DNA of 64,000 nucleotides. It comes from Escherichia phage vB_Eco_F31. The notes beneath the pieces are model-generated. The model saw only the letters and a list, made by a program, of their open reading frames with translations, made no database searches and was not told where the DNA came from. The DNA lies in the sequence record OP870147.1; one strand, written 5' to 3'. The translations under genes and the position numbers were made by a program. Below are positions 16,926-28,644 of the stretch, piece after piece. The first letter of the stretch is position 1. Each line of letters starts with the position of its first letter.

Positions 16926-18658
16926 TGGAAATGATTAGCAGTAGCCTTAATTGGTTCGTGGGTGTTGTCGAGGACAGAATGGACCCATTAAAACAAGGGC
17001 GAGTTCGAGTGCGAGTGGTTGGACTTCATCCCGCACAGAGAGTACAAGGCGATGTGCAGGGTATTCCTACAGAAAAACTTCCATGGATGACTGTTATTCA
17101 ACCTATTACGTCTGCATCAATGTCAGGTATTGGTGGTTCTGTTACAGGTCCTGTTGAAGGAACTCGAGTATATGGTCATTTCTTAGACAAATGGAAAACA
17201 AACGGGATTGTACTTGGTACATATGGTGGAATTGTACGTGAAAAGCCTAATAGACTTGAAGGTTTTTCAGACCCGACAGGTCAGTATCCGCGACGTTTAG
17301 GTAATGATACGAACGTATTAAACCAAGGTGGTGAAGCTGGTTATTATTCAAACTCTAACGTAATTCAAGATAACAACTTGGATTATGGTATAAACCCAGA
17401 CGATACAGATTTAGCAAATATTCCAGAAGATGATGACCCTAATTTTACAATAACAGAAATGTTACGTCGTGACGAAGGTCTTCGTGATAAAGTGTATTGG
17501 GACCATCTCGGATATCCTACCGTAGGTATTGGACACCTTATAGTAATGGAAAAAACCCGAGATATGTCTCGAATTAATAAATTGTTATCCGATCAAGTAG
17601 GGCGTGAAGTAACAGGAAATCCAGGGACTATTACATTAGAAGAAGCAACAGCGTTATTTGAGAAAGACCTTGCTAAGATGCAGAAAGACATTCGTTCTAA
17701 TTCTAAAGTAGGTCCTGTTTATGCTAAAATGAACAGGTCTCGTCAAATGGCATTAGAAAACATGTGCTTCCAAATGGGTGTTGGTGGTGTAGCAAAATTC
17801 AATACTATGCTTAAAGCAATGGCCACAGGTGATTGGAAAACTGCATACAAATCTGGACGCGATTCGTTATGGTTCCAACAGACTAAAGGACGCGCTTCAC
17901 GTGTAACAACAATTATTTTAACTGGTAACATGGAATCATATGGCGTTCCTGTTAAAACACCACCTTCACCAGGAGTTGGTGCCGATTTAGTTACTAGAAA
18001 TACCGATCCAGAAGACCCTGCTGGTCCTCCTGTTCCATTAGATTCACGTATCCTTTTTAAAGAACCGGAATCAAGTTATCGTGGTGAGTATCCATACGTT
18101 CATGCTATGGAAACAGAAAGTGGTCATATCCAAGAATTTGACGATACTCCAGGTAATGAACGTTATCGCTTAGTTCATCCAACAGGGTCATATGAGGAAG
18201 TTTCTCCATCCGGGCGTCGTACTCGTAAAACTGTAGAAGACCTTTTTGACATCACTAATGGTGATGGGAACTTCTTGATTTCTGGCGATAAGCTTGTTAA
18301 CGTTGGTGCTAATGAAATATATTATAACATGGCAGACCGCCTCCATCAAATAGACGGCAATGACACAATCTTTATTCGTGGTAACCAATCTAAAACTGTT
18401 GAAGGCGATGGAACTCTTTACGTTAAGGGTAATATCAAAATAGTTGTTGACGGAAATGCAGATATTCTTGTTAAAGGCGATGCTAAAACTCAGGTCGAAG
18501 GGAATCATGATTACACCGTCAACGGAAACGTTAAATGGACTGTTAATGGTAATGTTGATATGACTGTTGCCGGGGATTGGGCAGAAACAATGTCTACAAT
18601 GAGCTCAGTAGCTTCAGGACAATACACTGTTGACGGATCTCGTATTGATATTGGGTAA
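16925..18658 (+). CDS. 5: gp5 baseplate hub / tail-associated lysozyme
   Basis: 577 aa; internal lysozyme-like segment DEGLRDKVYWDHLGYPTVGIGHL; C-terminal beta-helix VxGxxxxx repeats. Confidence 0.95.
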   Translation: MEMISSSLNWFVGVVEDRMDPLKQGRVRVRVVGLHPAQRVQGDVQGIPTEKLPWMTVIQPITSASMSGIGGSVTGPVEGTRVYGHFLDKWKTNGIVLGTYGGIVREKPNRLEGFSDPTGQYPRRLGNDTNVLNQGGEAGYYSNSNVIQDNNLDYGINPDDTDLANIPEDDDPNFTITEMLRRDEGLRDKVYWDHLGYPTVGIGHLIVMEKTRDMSRINKLLSDQVGREVTGNPGTITLEEATALFEKDLAKMQKDIRSNSKVGPVYAKMNRSRQMALENMCFQMGVGGVAKFNTMLKAMATGDWKTAYKSGRDSLWFQQTKGRASRVTTIILTGNMESYGVPVKTPPSPGVGADLVTRNTDPEDPAGPPVPLDSRILFKEPESSYRGEYPYVHAMETESGHIQEFDDTPGNERYRLVHPTGSYEEVSPSGRRTRKTVEDLFDITNGDGNFLISGDKLVNVGANEIYYNMADRLHQIDGNDTIFIRGNQSKTVEGDGTLYVKGNIKIVVDGNADILVKGDAKTQVEGNHDYTVNGNVKWTVNGNVDMTVAGDWAETMSTMSSVASGQYTVDGSRIDIG

Positions 18659-18661
18659 TAT

Positions 18662-19177
18662 ATGGCACAAATACTTCCTTTAAATACCGACTTAGGAGAA
18701 GACATGGAAGGGGCGTCAATAGACGCCCTTTTTACTCCACAGTTAGAAACAACCGAAACTTTAGTGTCAATAAATATAACAGATTATGAACCGACACAAG
18801 GCATTACGGTAGATGGTAATCGTTTATATGGAACATATGAAAGTGTGTTTAGCTTTTCTTCGGACGCATTGAAATACCGATTAAATGATGATTTTGAAAC
18901 CGCATCTTCATGGGATGATTTACCAAAAGATGAGTCTACACAGTTATATTTGTGGAGAGCTCCTCAGAATCTTCGTAAAGTGTTTAGTTATACGGTTGAA
19001 ATGATTTATAACTACCAAGAAGAAAGTTCATCAGGCGGTTCTAGAAGTGACTCTGGTACAGAACCTCCACCGGCTCCAGTACAAAAAACTCTTACTAAGG
19101 TTTATACAAAAACTATAGTAGGAAATTGGAGCAAATGGGCTCATCAATTACGAAACTATGTTTATATGAGGCCGTGA
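18662..19177 (+). CDS. 5.1: gp5.1-like protein
   Basis: 171 aa ORF between 5 and 5.4. Confidence 0.6.
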   Translation: MAQILPLNTDLGEDMEGASIDALFTPQLETTETLVSINITDYEPTQGITVDGNRLYGTYESVFSFSSDALKYRLNDDFETASSWDDLPKDESTQLYLWRAPQNLRKVFSYTVEMIYNYQEESSSGGSRSDSGTEPPPAPVQKTLTKVYTKTIVGNWSKWAHQLRNYVYMRP

Positions 19178-19180
19178 AAA

Positions 19181-19473
19181 TGTCTGGCTTAAGTTACGAC
19201 AAGTGCGTTACAACAGGTCATGAAGCATGGCCTCCTACTGTAATAAATGCTTCCCAATCTAAAGTGTTCACCGGCGGTATTCCTGTTCTTGTGGCAGGAG
19301 ACCAAATAACACCTCATACAGAAATTAAAAAACCATACGAGACTCATGGAGGTGTTACTGAACCTCGTACATCTAAAGTATACGTCACCGGTAAAAAGGC
19401 CGTTCAAATGGCTGACCCAATTTCATGCGGGGATACTGTTTCTCAGGCCTCGTCAAAAGTCTTTATCAAATAG
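19181..19473 (+). CDS. 5.4: gp5.4 PAAR-type tail spike tip
   Basis: ATG 19181 gives 97 aa [19 protein letters not shown]...; ORF track starts at an earlier alternative codon. Confidence 0.8.
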
Positions 19474-19481
19474 GAATTAAA

Positions 19482-21455
19482 ATGGCAAACACTCCTGTAA
19501 ATTATCAGTTAGTCAGAACAGCGAATGCTATTCCCGAGATTTTTATCGGGGGCACATTTGCCGAAATAAAACAAAACATTATCGAATGGCTCAATGGACA
19601 GAATGAATTTCTTGATTATGATTTTGAAGGTTCACGCTTAAACGTATTGTGTGACCTTTTAGCATATAACACTCTTTACATCCAACAGTTCAGTAATAGT
19701 GCAGTGTATGAAAGTTTTATGCGTACTGCAAACTTGCGTAGTTCTGTTGTACAAGCGGCTCAAGATAACGGATATCTGCCTTCATCTAAATCAGCAGCAC
19801 AAACAGAAATTATGCTCACATGTACGGATGCATTAAATAGAAACTATATCACCATTCCACGTGGCACTCGTTTCTTAGCATACGCTAAAGATACTTCTGT
19901 TAACCCGTATAACTTTGTTTCTACTGAAGATGTCATTGTAGTTAAAGACAAAAATAACCAATATTTTCCACGTCTTCGATTAGCTCAAGGACGTATTGTT
20001 CGCACTGAATTAACATTTGATAGATTAAAACCTATCATTATTCGTGATAAGAATATTGACCGTAATTTGGTTAAGTTGTATGTTGACGGAGCAGAATGGA
20101 TTAACTGGACCCGTAAGTCGATGGTTCACGCTGGTTCTACGTCAACAATCTATTATATGCGTGAAACAGTTGATGGGAACACAGAATTTTATTTTGGTGA
20201 AGGCGAAATCTCTATTAACACATCAGAAGGTGCGTTAACATCTAACTATATTGGTGGCCTTAAACCTGTTCAGGGTTCTAAAATCGTAATTGAGTATATT
20301 TCTACTAATGGTGCAGATGCTAACGGTGCTGTAGGATTTTCTTATGCTGATACATTAGCTAATATCACGGTAATCGATATTAATGAGAACCCTAGCAATA
20401 ACCCAGACTTTGTCGGGGCCGATGGTGGCGGTGACCCTGAAGATATTGAACGTATTCGAGAATTAGGCACAATTAAACGCGAAACTCAACAACGTTGTGT
20501 AACCGCTTCCGACTATGACACATTCGTCTCTGAGCGGTTTGGTTCTATTATTCAAGCGGTTCAAACATTCACAGATTCATCTAAACCAGGGTACGCATAT
20601 ATTGCTGCTAAGCCTAAATCTGGATTGTATTTGACTTCTGTTCAACGCGACGACATCAAAAACTATTTAAATGATTATAACTTAGGGACTATTACACCTG
20701 TTGTTATTTCGCCCGACTATTTGTTTATCAAAATGAATATCAAAGTTACATACGCGTTGAATAAACTTCAAGAATCAGAGCAATACCTTGAAGGACAGAT
20801 TATTAATAAGATAGACCGTTATTATATTGAAGATGTAGAAATTTTTAACTCATCGTTTGCAAAATCTAAAATGCTAACTTATGTCGATGATGCAGATATT
20901 TCTATTATTGGTTCTTCAGCTACTATTCAAATGGTTCGCGAAGTACAAAACTTCTATAAAACGCCTGAGGCCGGTATTAAATACAATAATCAGATTAAAG
21001 ATAGATCGATGGAATCTAATATATTCTCGTTTGATTCGCACAGACCTAATCCAGAAAATGCAAACGAAACTATTAAATACGGTGTTCGCATAGTATCTTC
21101 TGACCGTAATGACCGTGGCATAGGTCAAGTTATTATTGGTCCATTTGCAGACGGTGATGTTGTTGAAAACGAAAATATACAACCTTATACAGGTAATGAT
21201 TTTAATAAACTTACTGTTACTGACGGACGAAACAAATACTATTCAATTGGTGAAGTGAATTATCCTGCCGATTCGATTTATTGGAACATTGCTAAAATTG
21301 ACCTCACTTCAGACCGTTTTGAAGTTCAAACAATTGAACTTTATTCCGACCCTGCAGATGATATTATTTTTACAAAGGATGGTTCTTTAATCGTATTCGA
21401 AAATGACTTACGTCCTCAGTACTTAACTATAGATTTGGAGCCTATTTCACAATGA
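19482..21455 (+). CDS. 6: gp6 baseplate wedge protein
   Basis: ATG 19482 gives MANTPVNYQLVRTANAIPEIF...; about 658 aa. Confidence 0.93.
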   Translation: MANTPVNYQLVRTANAIPEIFIGGTFAEIKQNIIEWLNGQNEFLDYDFEGSRLNVLCDLLAYNTLYIQQFSNSAVYESFMRTANLRSSVVQAAQDNGYLPSSKSAAQTEIMLTCTDALNRNYITIPRGTRFLAYAKDTSVNPYNFVSTEDVIVVKDKNNQYFPRLRLAQGRIVRTELTFDRLKPIIIRDKNIDRNLVKLYVDGAEWINWTRKSMVHAGSTSTIYYMRETVDGNTEFYFGEGEISINTSEGALTSNYIGGLKPVQGSKIVIEYISTNGADANGAVGFSYADTLANITVIDINENPSNNPDFVGADGGGDPEDIERIRELGTIKRETQQRCVTASDYDTFVSERFGSIIQAVQTFTDSSKPGYAYIAAKPKSGLYLTSVQRDDIKNYLNDYNLGTITPVVISPDYLFIKMNIKVTYALNKLQESEQYLEGQIINKIDRYYIEDVEIFNSSFAKSKMLTYVDDADISIIGSSATIQMVREVQNFYKTPEAGIKYNNQIKDRSMESNIFSFDSHRPNPENANETIKYGVRIVSSDRNDRGIGQVIIGPFADGDVVENENIQPYTGNDFNKLTVTDGRNKYYSIGEVNYPADSIYWNIAKIDLTSDRFEVQTIELYSDPADDIIFTKDGSLIVFENDLRPQYLTIDLEPISQ

Positions 21456-24400
21456 CAGTAAAAGCGCCAGCAGTCACAAGTCTCAGAATATCCAAGTTGT
21501 CCGCTAACCAAGTTCAAATACGCTGGGATGACGTTGGTGCTAATTTCTACTATTTCGTAGAAATCGCTGAGACTAAAACGGCAGACGGGGAAATTATTCC
21601 CCCTGCCAGCTACAGATGGATAAATTTAGGATATACTCCTAATAGCAACTGGTTCGAAAATAGTTTAGACCCATTAACTTCTTATATTATTCGTGTATCA
21701 ACTGCAGCCGAAGGCTTCGAGAGATCTGATTGGGTATATACCGAAATATTTGAATCATTTCAGACTAACGCGTATACATTTCAACATATGATTGAAATGC
21801 AATTGGCTAACACTTTTATTAGAGAAAAATTTACAAATAACAACATGGCTTATGTTGATTTTAATAACGACACTATAATGGCAGCTCTAATGAATGAATC
21901 GTTCCAATTTAGCCCTGCTTATGCGGATATTTCATCTATTAAAAATTTCATTATTGGCGAAAATGAGTATCATGAAATTCAAGGTTCGATTCAACAGGTG
22001 TGTCATGATATAAACCGTGTTTATTTGATGGAATCCGAAGGAATTCTTTATTTGTTTGAACGGTATCAGCCTGTGGTTAAAGTCTCTAATGATAAGGGAC
22101 AAACCTGGAAATCGGTTAAATTGTTTAATGACCGTGTAGGGTATCCTGTATCAAGAACAGTGTATTACCAGACAGATTACACCACGTATGTTCTTGGGTA
22201 TGATAAATTATTTTACGGCCGTAAATCAACTGACGTTCGTTGGTCTGCTGATGATGTGAGATTTAGTTCTCAAGATATAACATTTGCTAAAATTGGTGAC
22301 CAGTTAAATTTAGGATACGATGTAGAAATATTTGGTAACTACGCATCATTACCTGCTAACGTATCACGTATTGCAGAAGCTATCGTTTGCAATGACGATT
22401 ATGTATACGTTGCTGCTCGAGATAAAGTTCGTTTTATTAAAACTAGTAATGCCCCTATTGATTCAGACCCGTTATCTCCGACATATTCCGAACGTTTGTT
22501 TGAACAAGAAACATTTAACATCACAGGTAACCCTAAGGCAGTTTGCTATAAAATGGATTCTGTCGGTGGTAAAATATTTGCACTGATTATCGGTGAAGTT
22601 GTTAATCTTAATGATGACCCGAGGACCACTCCTATTGTTGATTCTGCTGATAAGGGTGTTTACGTTCTAGACCATGATGCTGGCACATTTAAACGTGTGT
22701 TTGGTAATACTGAAGAAGAACGTCGTCGTATTGAACCTGGGTACACCAGTATGTCTACTGATGGTGTTGAGTTATCTATATCATCTAGTAATTTTAAATT
22801 TTTAGAATCTGATATTGTTGATGACCCAAAAACACAAATCAAGTACGGTTTAATCGGTGCTGTTAAATATGAGTATCCTCGCGAATGGTTGGCTGATAAA
22901 CATTATCATATGATGGCATTTATTTCAACTGAAGACTCTCAATGGGAATCGTTCACTCCCCAACCAATGGAATACTATGCTGAGCCATTCTTTAGTTATT
23001 CTAGAAAGTCTGGTACTCGTTGTTGGATTAATAACTCAGACAAAGCCGTTGTAATTTATTCTGATTTACTTTACACTAAGGTTATTGAGAATCATCCACT
23101 TAGTTCTTCAGACCGTGAAGTTCATGAATATTGGAAGGACGGTGACTGTACAATAGTGATGCCTAACGTAGATTTCACCGGATTTAAAAAATATGCATCC
23201 GGCATGATTTTCTATAAATCATCAGGTGAGATTATTTCTTATTATGATTTTAGTTATCGTGTTAGAGATAATGTTTCTATAATTTGGAAGCCTACTAATA
23301 TATTCTTAACAGCATCGTTACAAAACCAAGAAAAAGATACCACATGGACTCCTGTAGAAGAGAACGGCATTACGGACCCAGATTTACGACCATTGCTCAC
23401 TACAATGATGCCGGAGTCTTATCTTTTAGATAATACAAACTTCGAAGCATTCTGCGAGGCTTATATTCAGTATCTTTCTGACGGTTATGGGACTCATTAT
23501 AACAACCTTTTAAATCTTATTAAAAATCAATATCCGCGCGAAGAACATGCGTGGGAATACTTATGGTCTGAGATTTATAAACGAAACATTTACTTAAACG
23601 CCGAAAAACGCGATTTAGTGTCTCGTTTCTTTGAATCAAGAAGTTATGACTTCTATTCAACTAAAGGAACTGAAGCATCATATAAATTCTTGTTTAAAGT
23701 GCTTTATAACGAAGATGTTGAAATTGAAATTGAATCTAGTTCCGGGACCGAATATGATATCATCATTGAATCTGATTCGTTGACAGAAGATTTGGTCGGA
23801 CAAACCATATACACCGCGACAGGACGTTGTAATGTGACGTATATCGAGAGAAGTTACTCTAAAGGTAAATTACAATGGACTGTAACAATTCACAACCTCT
23901 TAGGACGTTTAATCCAAGGTCAAGAAGTTAAAGCTGAAAGACTCCCGGGTTTTGAAGGTGAAATTGTTCGTGGTATTAAAGGTAAAGAGCTTTCTCAGAA
24001 CAACATCGATTACATAAATCGTGGTAGAGCATACTATGTAATGAAGATTAAATCTAAACTTCCATCATCTCGTTGGAAATCAGACGTATTACGTTTTGTT
24101 CATCCGGTTGGATTTGGATTTATCGCAATTACCCTTCTCACAATGTTTATTAACACCGGATTAACACTTAAACATGTTGAAACCATTATTAATAAATACA
24201 AAAACTATAAGTGGGATTCTGGATTACCGACTAAATATGCAGACCGAGTGGCTAAATTAGACCCACAAGGAAATGTTGAGTTTGACCCTATTACAGGTAA
24301 AGCGATATATGAAATAGGCCCTATGGCTGGTCAAGATTATCCATTGCCTGAAGATTATAACGCTGAAAACAATAACTCCATATTTCAAGGTCAACTTCCA

Positions 24401-24550
24401 TCGGAACGACGTAAACTGATGAGCCCATTATTTGATGCGTCCGGAACAACATTCTCTAGATTTAGAGATTTGGTTGAACAACGGTTAATCGATAATGTAG
24501 GAAATCCAAGAGACCCCGTGAATCCACCGCAGGTTAAATTAGATGAATGA
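21452..24550 (+). CDS. 7: gp7 baseplate wedge initiator
   Basis: 1032 aa ORF, same length as T4 gp7. Confidence 0.93.
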   Translation: MTVKAPAVTSLRISKLSANQVQIRWDDVGANFYYFVEIAETKTADGEIIPPASYRWINLGYTPNSNWFENSLDPLTSYIIRVSTAAEGFERSDWVYTEIFESFQTNAYTFQHMIEMQLANTFIREKFTNNNMAYVDFNNDTIMAALMNESFQFSPAYADISSIKNFIIGENEYHEIQGSIQQVCHDINRVYLMESEGILYLFERYQPVVKVSNDKGQTWKSVKLFNDRVGYPVSRTVYYQTDYTTYVLGYDKLFYGRKSTDVRWSADDVRFSSQDITFAKIGDQLNLGYDVEIFGNYASLPANVSRIAEAIVCNDDYVYVAARDKVRFIKTSNAPIDSDPLSPTYSERLFEQETFNITGNPKAVCYKMDSVGGKIFALIIGEVVNLNDDPRTTPIVDSADKGVYVLDHDAGTFKRVFGNTEEERRRIEPGYTSMSTDGVELSISSSNFKFLESDIVDDPKTQIKYGLIGAVKYEYPREWLADKHYHMMAFISTEDSQWESFTPQPMEYYAEPFFSYSRKSGTRCWINNSDKAVVIYSDLLYTKVIENHPLSSSDREVHEYWKDGDCTIVMPNVDFTGFKKYASGMIFYKSSGEIISYYDFSYRVRDNVSIIWKPTNIFLTASLQNQEKDTTWTPVEENGITDPDLRPLLTTMMPESYLLDNTNFEAFCEAYIQYLSDGYGTHYNNLLNLIKNQYPREEHAWEYLWSEIYKRNIYLNAEKRDLVSRFFESRSYDFYSTKGTEASYKFLFKVLYNEDVEIEIESSSGTEYDIIIESDSLTEDLVGQTIYTATGRCNVTYIERSYSKGKLQWTVTIHNLLGRLIQGQEVKAERLPGFEGEIVRGIKGKELSQNNIDYINRGRAYYVMKIKSKLPSSRWKSDVLRFVHPVGFGFIAITLLTMFINTGLTLKHVETIINKYKNYKWDSGLPTKYADRVAKLDPQGNVEFDPITGKAIYEIGPMAGQDYPLPEDYNAENNNSIFQGQLPSERRKLMSPLFDASGTTFSRFRDLVEQRLIDNVGNPRDPVNPPQVKLDE

Positions 24551-25577
24551 TTCAAGTGTTATCTATCGTGCAATAGTTACATCAAAATTTAGAACAGAAA
24601 AAATGCTGAATTTTTATAATTCAGTTGGGGATGGAGATGATAAGAACTCCATTTATATTACGTTCGGACGTTCAGAGCCTTGGGCGTCAAATGAAAATGA
24701 GGTGGGCTTCGCCCCACCTTATCCTACAGATTCTGTTCTTGGTGTTACTGATATGTGGACCCATATGATGGGTACCGTTAAAGTTTTACCTTCAATGTTA
24801 GATTCTGTTATTCCTAGGCGTGATTGGGGAGATGTGCGATATCCGGACCCTTACACGTTTAGAATTAACGATATAGTCGCGTGTAATACTGCTCCGTACA
24901 ACGCGACAGAAGTTGGAGCTGGTTGGTTAATTTACCGTTGTTTAGACGTCCCTGACGTAGGGCTCTGTTCAATAGAATCTTTAGATAATAAAGATGAATG
25001 TCTTAAATTGGGTGGTAAATGGACTCCGTCTGTTCGTTCTATGTCTCCTCCTGAAGGCAGAGGCGATGCTAATGGGGTTATCGAAACCGGTGATGGATAT
25101 ATTTGGGAATATCTTTATGAGATTCCTGCCGATGTGTCAATTAACCGTTGCACTAATGAATACCTTGTAGTTCCATGGCCGGAAGAAATTAAAGAAGACC
25201 CAACCCGTTGGGGATATGAAAATAACTTAACTTGGCAACAAGATGACTATGGCTTGATTTACCGTGTTAAAGCCAATACGATGCGGTTTAAAGCATATTT
25301 TGATTCGGTTTATTTCCCTGAGGCAGCTTTGCCTGGTAACAAGGGTTTTAGACAGATATCAATTATCGCAAACCCGTTAGAAGCTAAGAAAAATCCAAAT
25401 GACCCTAATGTTAAAGCAGAAAAGGATTATTACGACCCTAGAGACTTGCAACGTCATTCTGGTGAAATGATTTATATGGAAAACCGACCACCTGTTATTA
25501 TGGCAATGGACCAAACAGAAGAAATTAACATTTTGTTTATGTTTTCCCAACCCGTTGGGGATATGAAAATAACTTAA
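24543..25577 (+). CDS. 8: gp8 baseplate wedge protein, C-terminus altered by tandem duplication (10-aa extension SQPVGDMKIT)
   Basis: 344 aa ORF; native stop displaced by a 347-bp duplication; without it the protein would be 334 aa. Confidence 0.85.
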   Translation: MNDSSVIYRAIVTSKFRTEKMLNFYNSVGDGDDKNSIYITFGRSEPWASNENEVGFAPPYPTDSVLGVTDMWTHMMGTVKVLPSMLDSVIPRRDWGDVRYPDPYTFRINDIVACNTAPYNATEVGAGWLIYRCLDVPDVGLCSIESLDNKDECLKLGGKWTPSVRSMSPPEGRGDANGVIETGDGYIWEYLYEIPADVSINRCTNEYLVVPWPEEIKEDPTRWGYENNLTWQQDDYGLIYRVKANTMRFKAYFDSVYFPEAALPGNKGFRQISIIANPLEAKKNPNDPNVKAEKDYYDPRDLQRHSGEMIYMENRPPVIMAMDQTEEINILFMFSQPVGDMKIT

Positions 25578-25892
25578 CTTGGCAACAAGATGACTATGGC
25601 TTGATTTACCGTGTTAAAGCCAATACGATGCGGTTTAAAGCATATTTTGATTCGGTTTATTTCCCTGAGGCAGCTTTGCCTGGTAACAAGGGTTTTAGAC
25701 AGATATCAATTATCGCAAACCCGTTAGAAGCTAAGAAAAATCCAAATGACCCTAATGTTAAAGCAGAAAAGGATTATTACGACCCTAGAGACTTGCAACG
25801 TCATTCTGGTGAAATGATTTATATGGAAAACCGACCACCTGTTATTATGGCAATGGACCAAACAGAAGAAATTAACATTTTGTTTATGTTTT
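25199..25892. repeat. perfect direct tandem duplication, 2 x 347 bp (copy 1 25199-25545, copy 2 25546-25892)
   Basis: Base-by-base comparison of the two copies; ORF 25601..25894 re-encodes the last 96 gp8 residues in a shifted frame. Confidence 0.9.
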
Positions 25893-25897
25893 AATTA

Positions 25898-25922
25898 GGG
25901 AGCCTTCGGGCTCCCATTTTTG
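25898..25922 (+). terminator. rho-independent terminator after gene 8 (GGGAGCC-TTCG-GGCTCCC + T-run)
   Basis: GC stem, tetraloop, ATTTTTG tail. Confidence 0.7.
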
Positions 25923-25926
25923 TATC

Positions 25927-25934
25927 TATAAATA
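25927..25934 (+). promoter_or_regulatory. late promoter TATAAATA for gene 9
   Basis: Exact octamer 33 nt upstream of gene 9 ATG. Confidence 0.7.
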
Positions 25935-25966
25935 GAATATAATATCGGACAACAAAAGGCAGAATT

Positions 25967-26839
25967 ATGGCATTTTTTAAGCAAACTCCTAAACAATTAA
26001 TCGATACCGGCGAAATTGGTAATGCCTCAACAGGTGATATCTTATTCGACGGTGGTAATAAAATAAATGACGATATCAACGCTATTTACAATGCATTTGG
26101 CGATCAACGTAAAATGGCCGTAGCAGATGGAACCGGACCTACAGGTCAAACTATTCATGCCACAGGATATTATCAAAAAGGAAAGGCGGTCGATTATCAA
26201 ACTCCTATTAAACCAGGCACCATGCATGATATTGATGCTTCTGATGGCGGTGTGATTGTTATTATTGACCGTCCTGAATTAGGTGACTCTGTAGAATTCA
26301 TAAACTCTAATGGGTCTATTTCTGTTAACAATCCTTTAAGTATCCAAGTAACCGATGGTTCGATTAAAGGTGTTCTTAATAATCTTGTTATTTCCACCCC
26401 TTATACCCATGTTGTTCTTCGTTGTGTTGAACTTAATGGACCAACTTCAGTATGGAATTATTCTACTGATAGCATGTTTGGGCAGAAAGAATCTCCTGTC
26501 GATGGGACTTGGAGTCTTACAGGAAACACAGTTTCTATTCCTCTGTTTTATCGCACGGATTATAACATGGCTAAATTGCTTGTTACATGCCAATCCGCTG
26601 ACGGTAGAAAAATAAAAACATGCGAAATAAATATTCTAATAGATACAATTAACTCAGAAGTTCTTTCTACCGAATTTGCAGTAATGCGAGTTGGTAATGT
26701 AGATGAAACCGACGAGATTGCTAATATTAGCTTTAGTATTATTAACAACTTTGCTACTATGACGATTACATCCGATATTATTGGATTACGTTCAGCAGTT
26801 AAAATTATCTCAACTCAGAAAATTGGGGTCGCTCAATAA
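25967..26839 (+). CDS. 9: gp9 baseplate wedge / long tail fibre socket
   Basis: 290 aa, MAFFKQTPKQLIDTGEIGNASTGDILFDGGNKINDD...; synteny. Confidence 0.92.
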   Translation: MAFFKQTPKQLIDTGEIGNASTGDILFDGGNKINDDINAIYNAFGDQRKMAVADGTGPTGQTIHATGYYQKGKAVDYQTPIKPGTMHDIDASDGGVIVIIDRPELGDSVEFINSNGSISVNNPLSIQVTDGSIKGVLNNLVISTPYTHVVLRCVELNGPTSVWNYSTDSMFGQKESPVDGTWSLTGNTVSIPLFYRTDYNMAKLLVTCQSADGRKIKTCEINILIDTINSEVLSTEFAVMRVGNVDETDEIANISFSIINNFATMTITSDIIGLRSAVKIISTQKIGVAQ

Positions 26840-28644
26840 TGAAACAAAATATTAAAATTGGTAACGTCGTTGATGACGGACAAGGCGATTACCTTCGTCG
26901 AGGTGGTGAAAAAATAAATGAGAACTTTGACGAAATCTATTATGAATTAGGTGATGGTGAAGTTCCTTACGCCGCTGGTGCGTGGAAGACTTATGATGCG
27001 GCTGATGGTCTTAATCTTAAGGCCGCTTGGGGTAAATCTTATGCAATTAATACTACTTCTGGACGAGTTTCGGTAAATCTTCCTAAAGGGACAATTGCAG
27101 ACTATAATAAAGTTATTCGTGCTCGTGACGTATTTGCAACTTGGAACATTAACCCTGTTACTTTAATTCCGGCAAACGGAGATACGATTAAAGGTTCTTC
27201 ATCTCCGGTAGAAATTAACGTTCAGTTCTCTGATTTAGAATTAGTTTATTGTGCTCCTGGACGTTGGGAATACATCAAGAACAAACAAATTGATAAAATA
27301 GTTAGCTCTGACATTAGTAATGTTGCTCGTAGAGAATATCTGGTTGAAACCCAAGGTCAGACCGATTTCATGGATGTTTTTAACGGGACCTCTTATAATG
27401 TTAACAACATTCGCGTAAAACATCGTGGCAACGAATTGTACTATGGTGATGTATTCAGTGATAATAGTGATTTTGGTTCTCCAGGCGCTAATCCTGGTGA
27501 ACTGGTTGCACTCGATGGATTTAATATTAGATTACGCCAACCGTGTAATGTTGGGGACACTGTACAAATTGAGACATTCCTAGATGGTGTTTCTCAGTGG
27601 CGTAGTTCATATACTCGTCGCCAAGTTCGCATTTTAGATAGTAAATTGACTGCTAAAAAGTCTATTGACGGAAGTATTTACGTCACTGATTTGAGTACGT
27701 TCCGGTCTATTCCATTTACAGCATTTGGTATTAATCCTACGGAACCACCTAACCCGAATTCGTTAGAAGTTCGCTTCAATGGTATTCTCCAAGAATTAGC
27801 TGGTACTGTTGGAACTCCTATTTTCCGTTGTGAAGGTGTGGATGCTGATTCTGAAGAGTCATGCGCTAATCTCGGTGGGACGTGGACTCAATCGTATACA
27901 GATTATGCGATTGAATATACTGATAATATCCCTAGCGCAATTCTGTTTGACCGTCAATTTGAAGACCAAGACATTATTACCATCACATGGTTTAATAACG
28001 ATTTAGGAACTCTTCTTGAAATGGAAGAAATCCTTGATGTCGCTGATGAGAAATATGTTTCTCAAGGGTCTAACATTGAAATTACTGGTGACGTTGCATT
28101 AACCGATTTCGATAAAATTGGATGGCCTAATGTAGAACCTGTTCCTAAGTATGAACGTGAATTCTCGACTATCTCGGCAATATTTGATACAATTTATCCT
28201 GTCGGGACTATTTACGAAAATGCGGTTAACCCTAATAATCCGGCAACTTATTTAGGTTTTGGTTTGTGGAAAATTTGGGGACAAGGCAAAGTATTAGCAG
28301 GTTGGAATGACGACGCGTCGGATCCTAATTTTGCATTAAATAATAATGACCTTGACGTCAATGGTAACCCTACTCATACCGCAGGTGGTACCGTTGGTGT
28401 AACAACCGTCACATTAGAAAATGCTGATTTACCGGCTACACAAACCGATGAAAAGGTTCTTATTTCTGATGATAATGGTACAGTAATTATAGGCGGTTGC
28501 CAATATGACCCGGATGAAGAAGGTCCTATTTACACTAAATATCGTGAAGACCATGCAAAGACTAACGGATCTCATGTTCCAGCGCGTTCTATAACTAATA
28601 TTCAGCCATCTATAACTGTATACCGTTGGGTAAGGATTGCATAA
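26839..28644 (+). CDS. 10: gp10 baseplate wedge / short tail fibre attachment
   Basis: 601 aa; synteny 9-10-11-12. Confidence 0.92.
   Translation: MKQNIKIGNVVDDGQGDYLRRGGEKINENFDEIYYELGDGEVPYAAGAWKTYDAADGLNLKAAWGKSYAINTTSGRVSVNLPKGTIADYNKVIRARDVFATWNINPVTLIPANGDTIKGSSSPVEINVQFSDLELVYCAPGRWEYIKNKQIDKIVSSDISNVARREYLVETQGQTDFMDVFNGTSYNVNNIRVKHRGNELYYGDVFSDNSDFGSPGANPGELVALDGFNIRLRQPCNVGDTVQIETFLDGVSQWRSSYTRRQVRILDSKLTAKKSIDGSIYVTDLSTFRSIPFTAFGINPTEPPNPNSLEVRFNGILQELAGTVGTPIFRCEGVDADSEESCANLGGTWTQSYTDYAIEYTDNIPSAILFDRQFEDQDIITITWFNNDLGTLLEMEEILDVADEKYVSQGSNIEITGDVALTDFDKIGWPNVEPVPKYEREFSTISAIFDTIYPVGTIYENAVNPNNPATYLGFGLWKIWGQGKVLAGWNDDASDPNFALNNNDLDVNGNPTHTAGGTVGVTTVTLENADLPATQTDEKVLISDDNGTVIIGGCQYDPDEEGPIYTKYREDHAKTNGSHVPARSITNIQPSITVYRWVRIA

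Noticed and set aside
25601-25894. 97-aa ORF following gene 8
   Set aside because: Not an independent gene: it is the frameshifted second copy of the gp8 C-terminal coding sequence created by the 347-bp tandem duplication, and it starts at a TTG inside the repeat.
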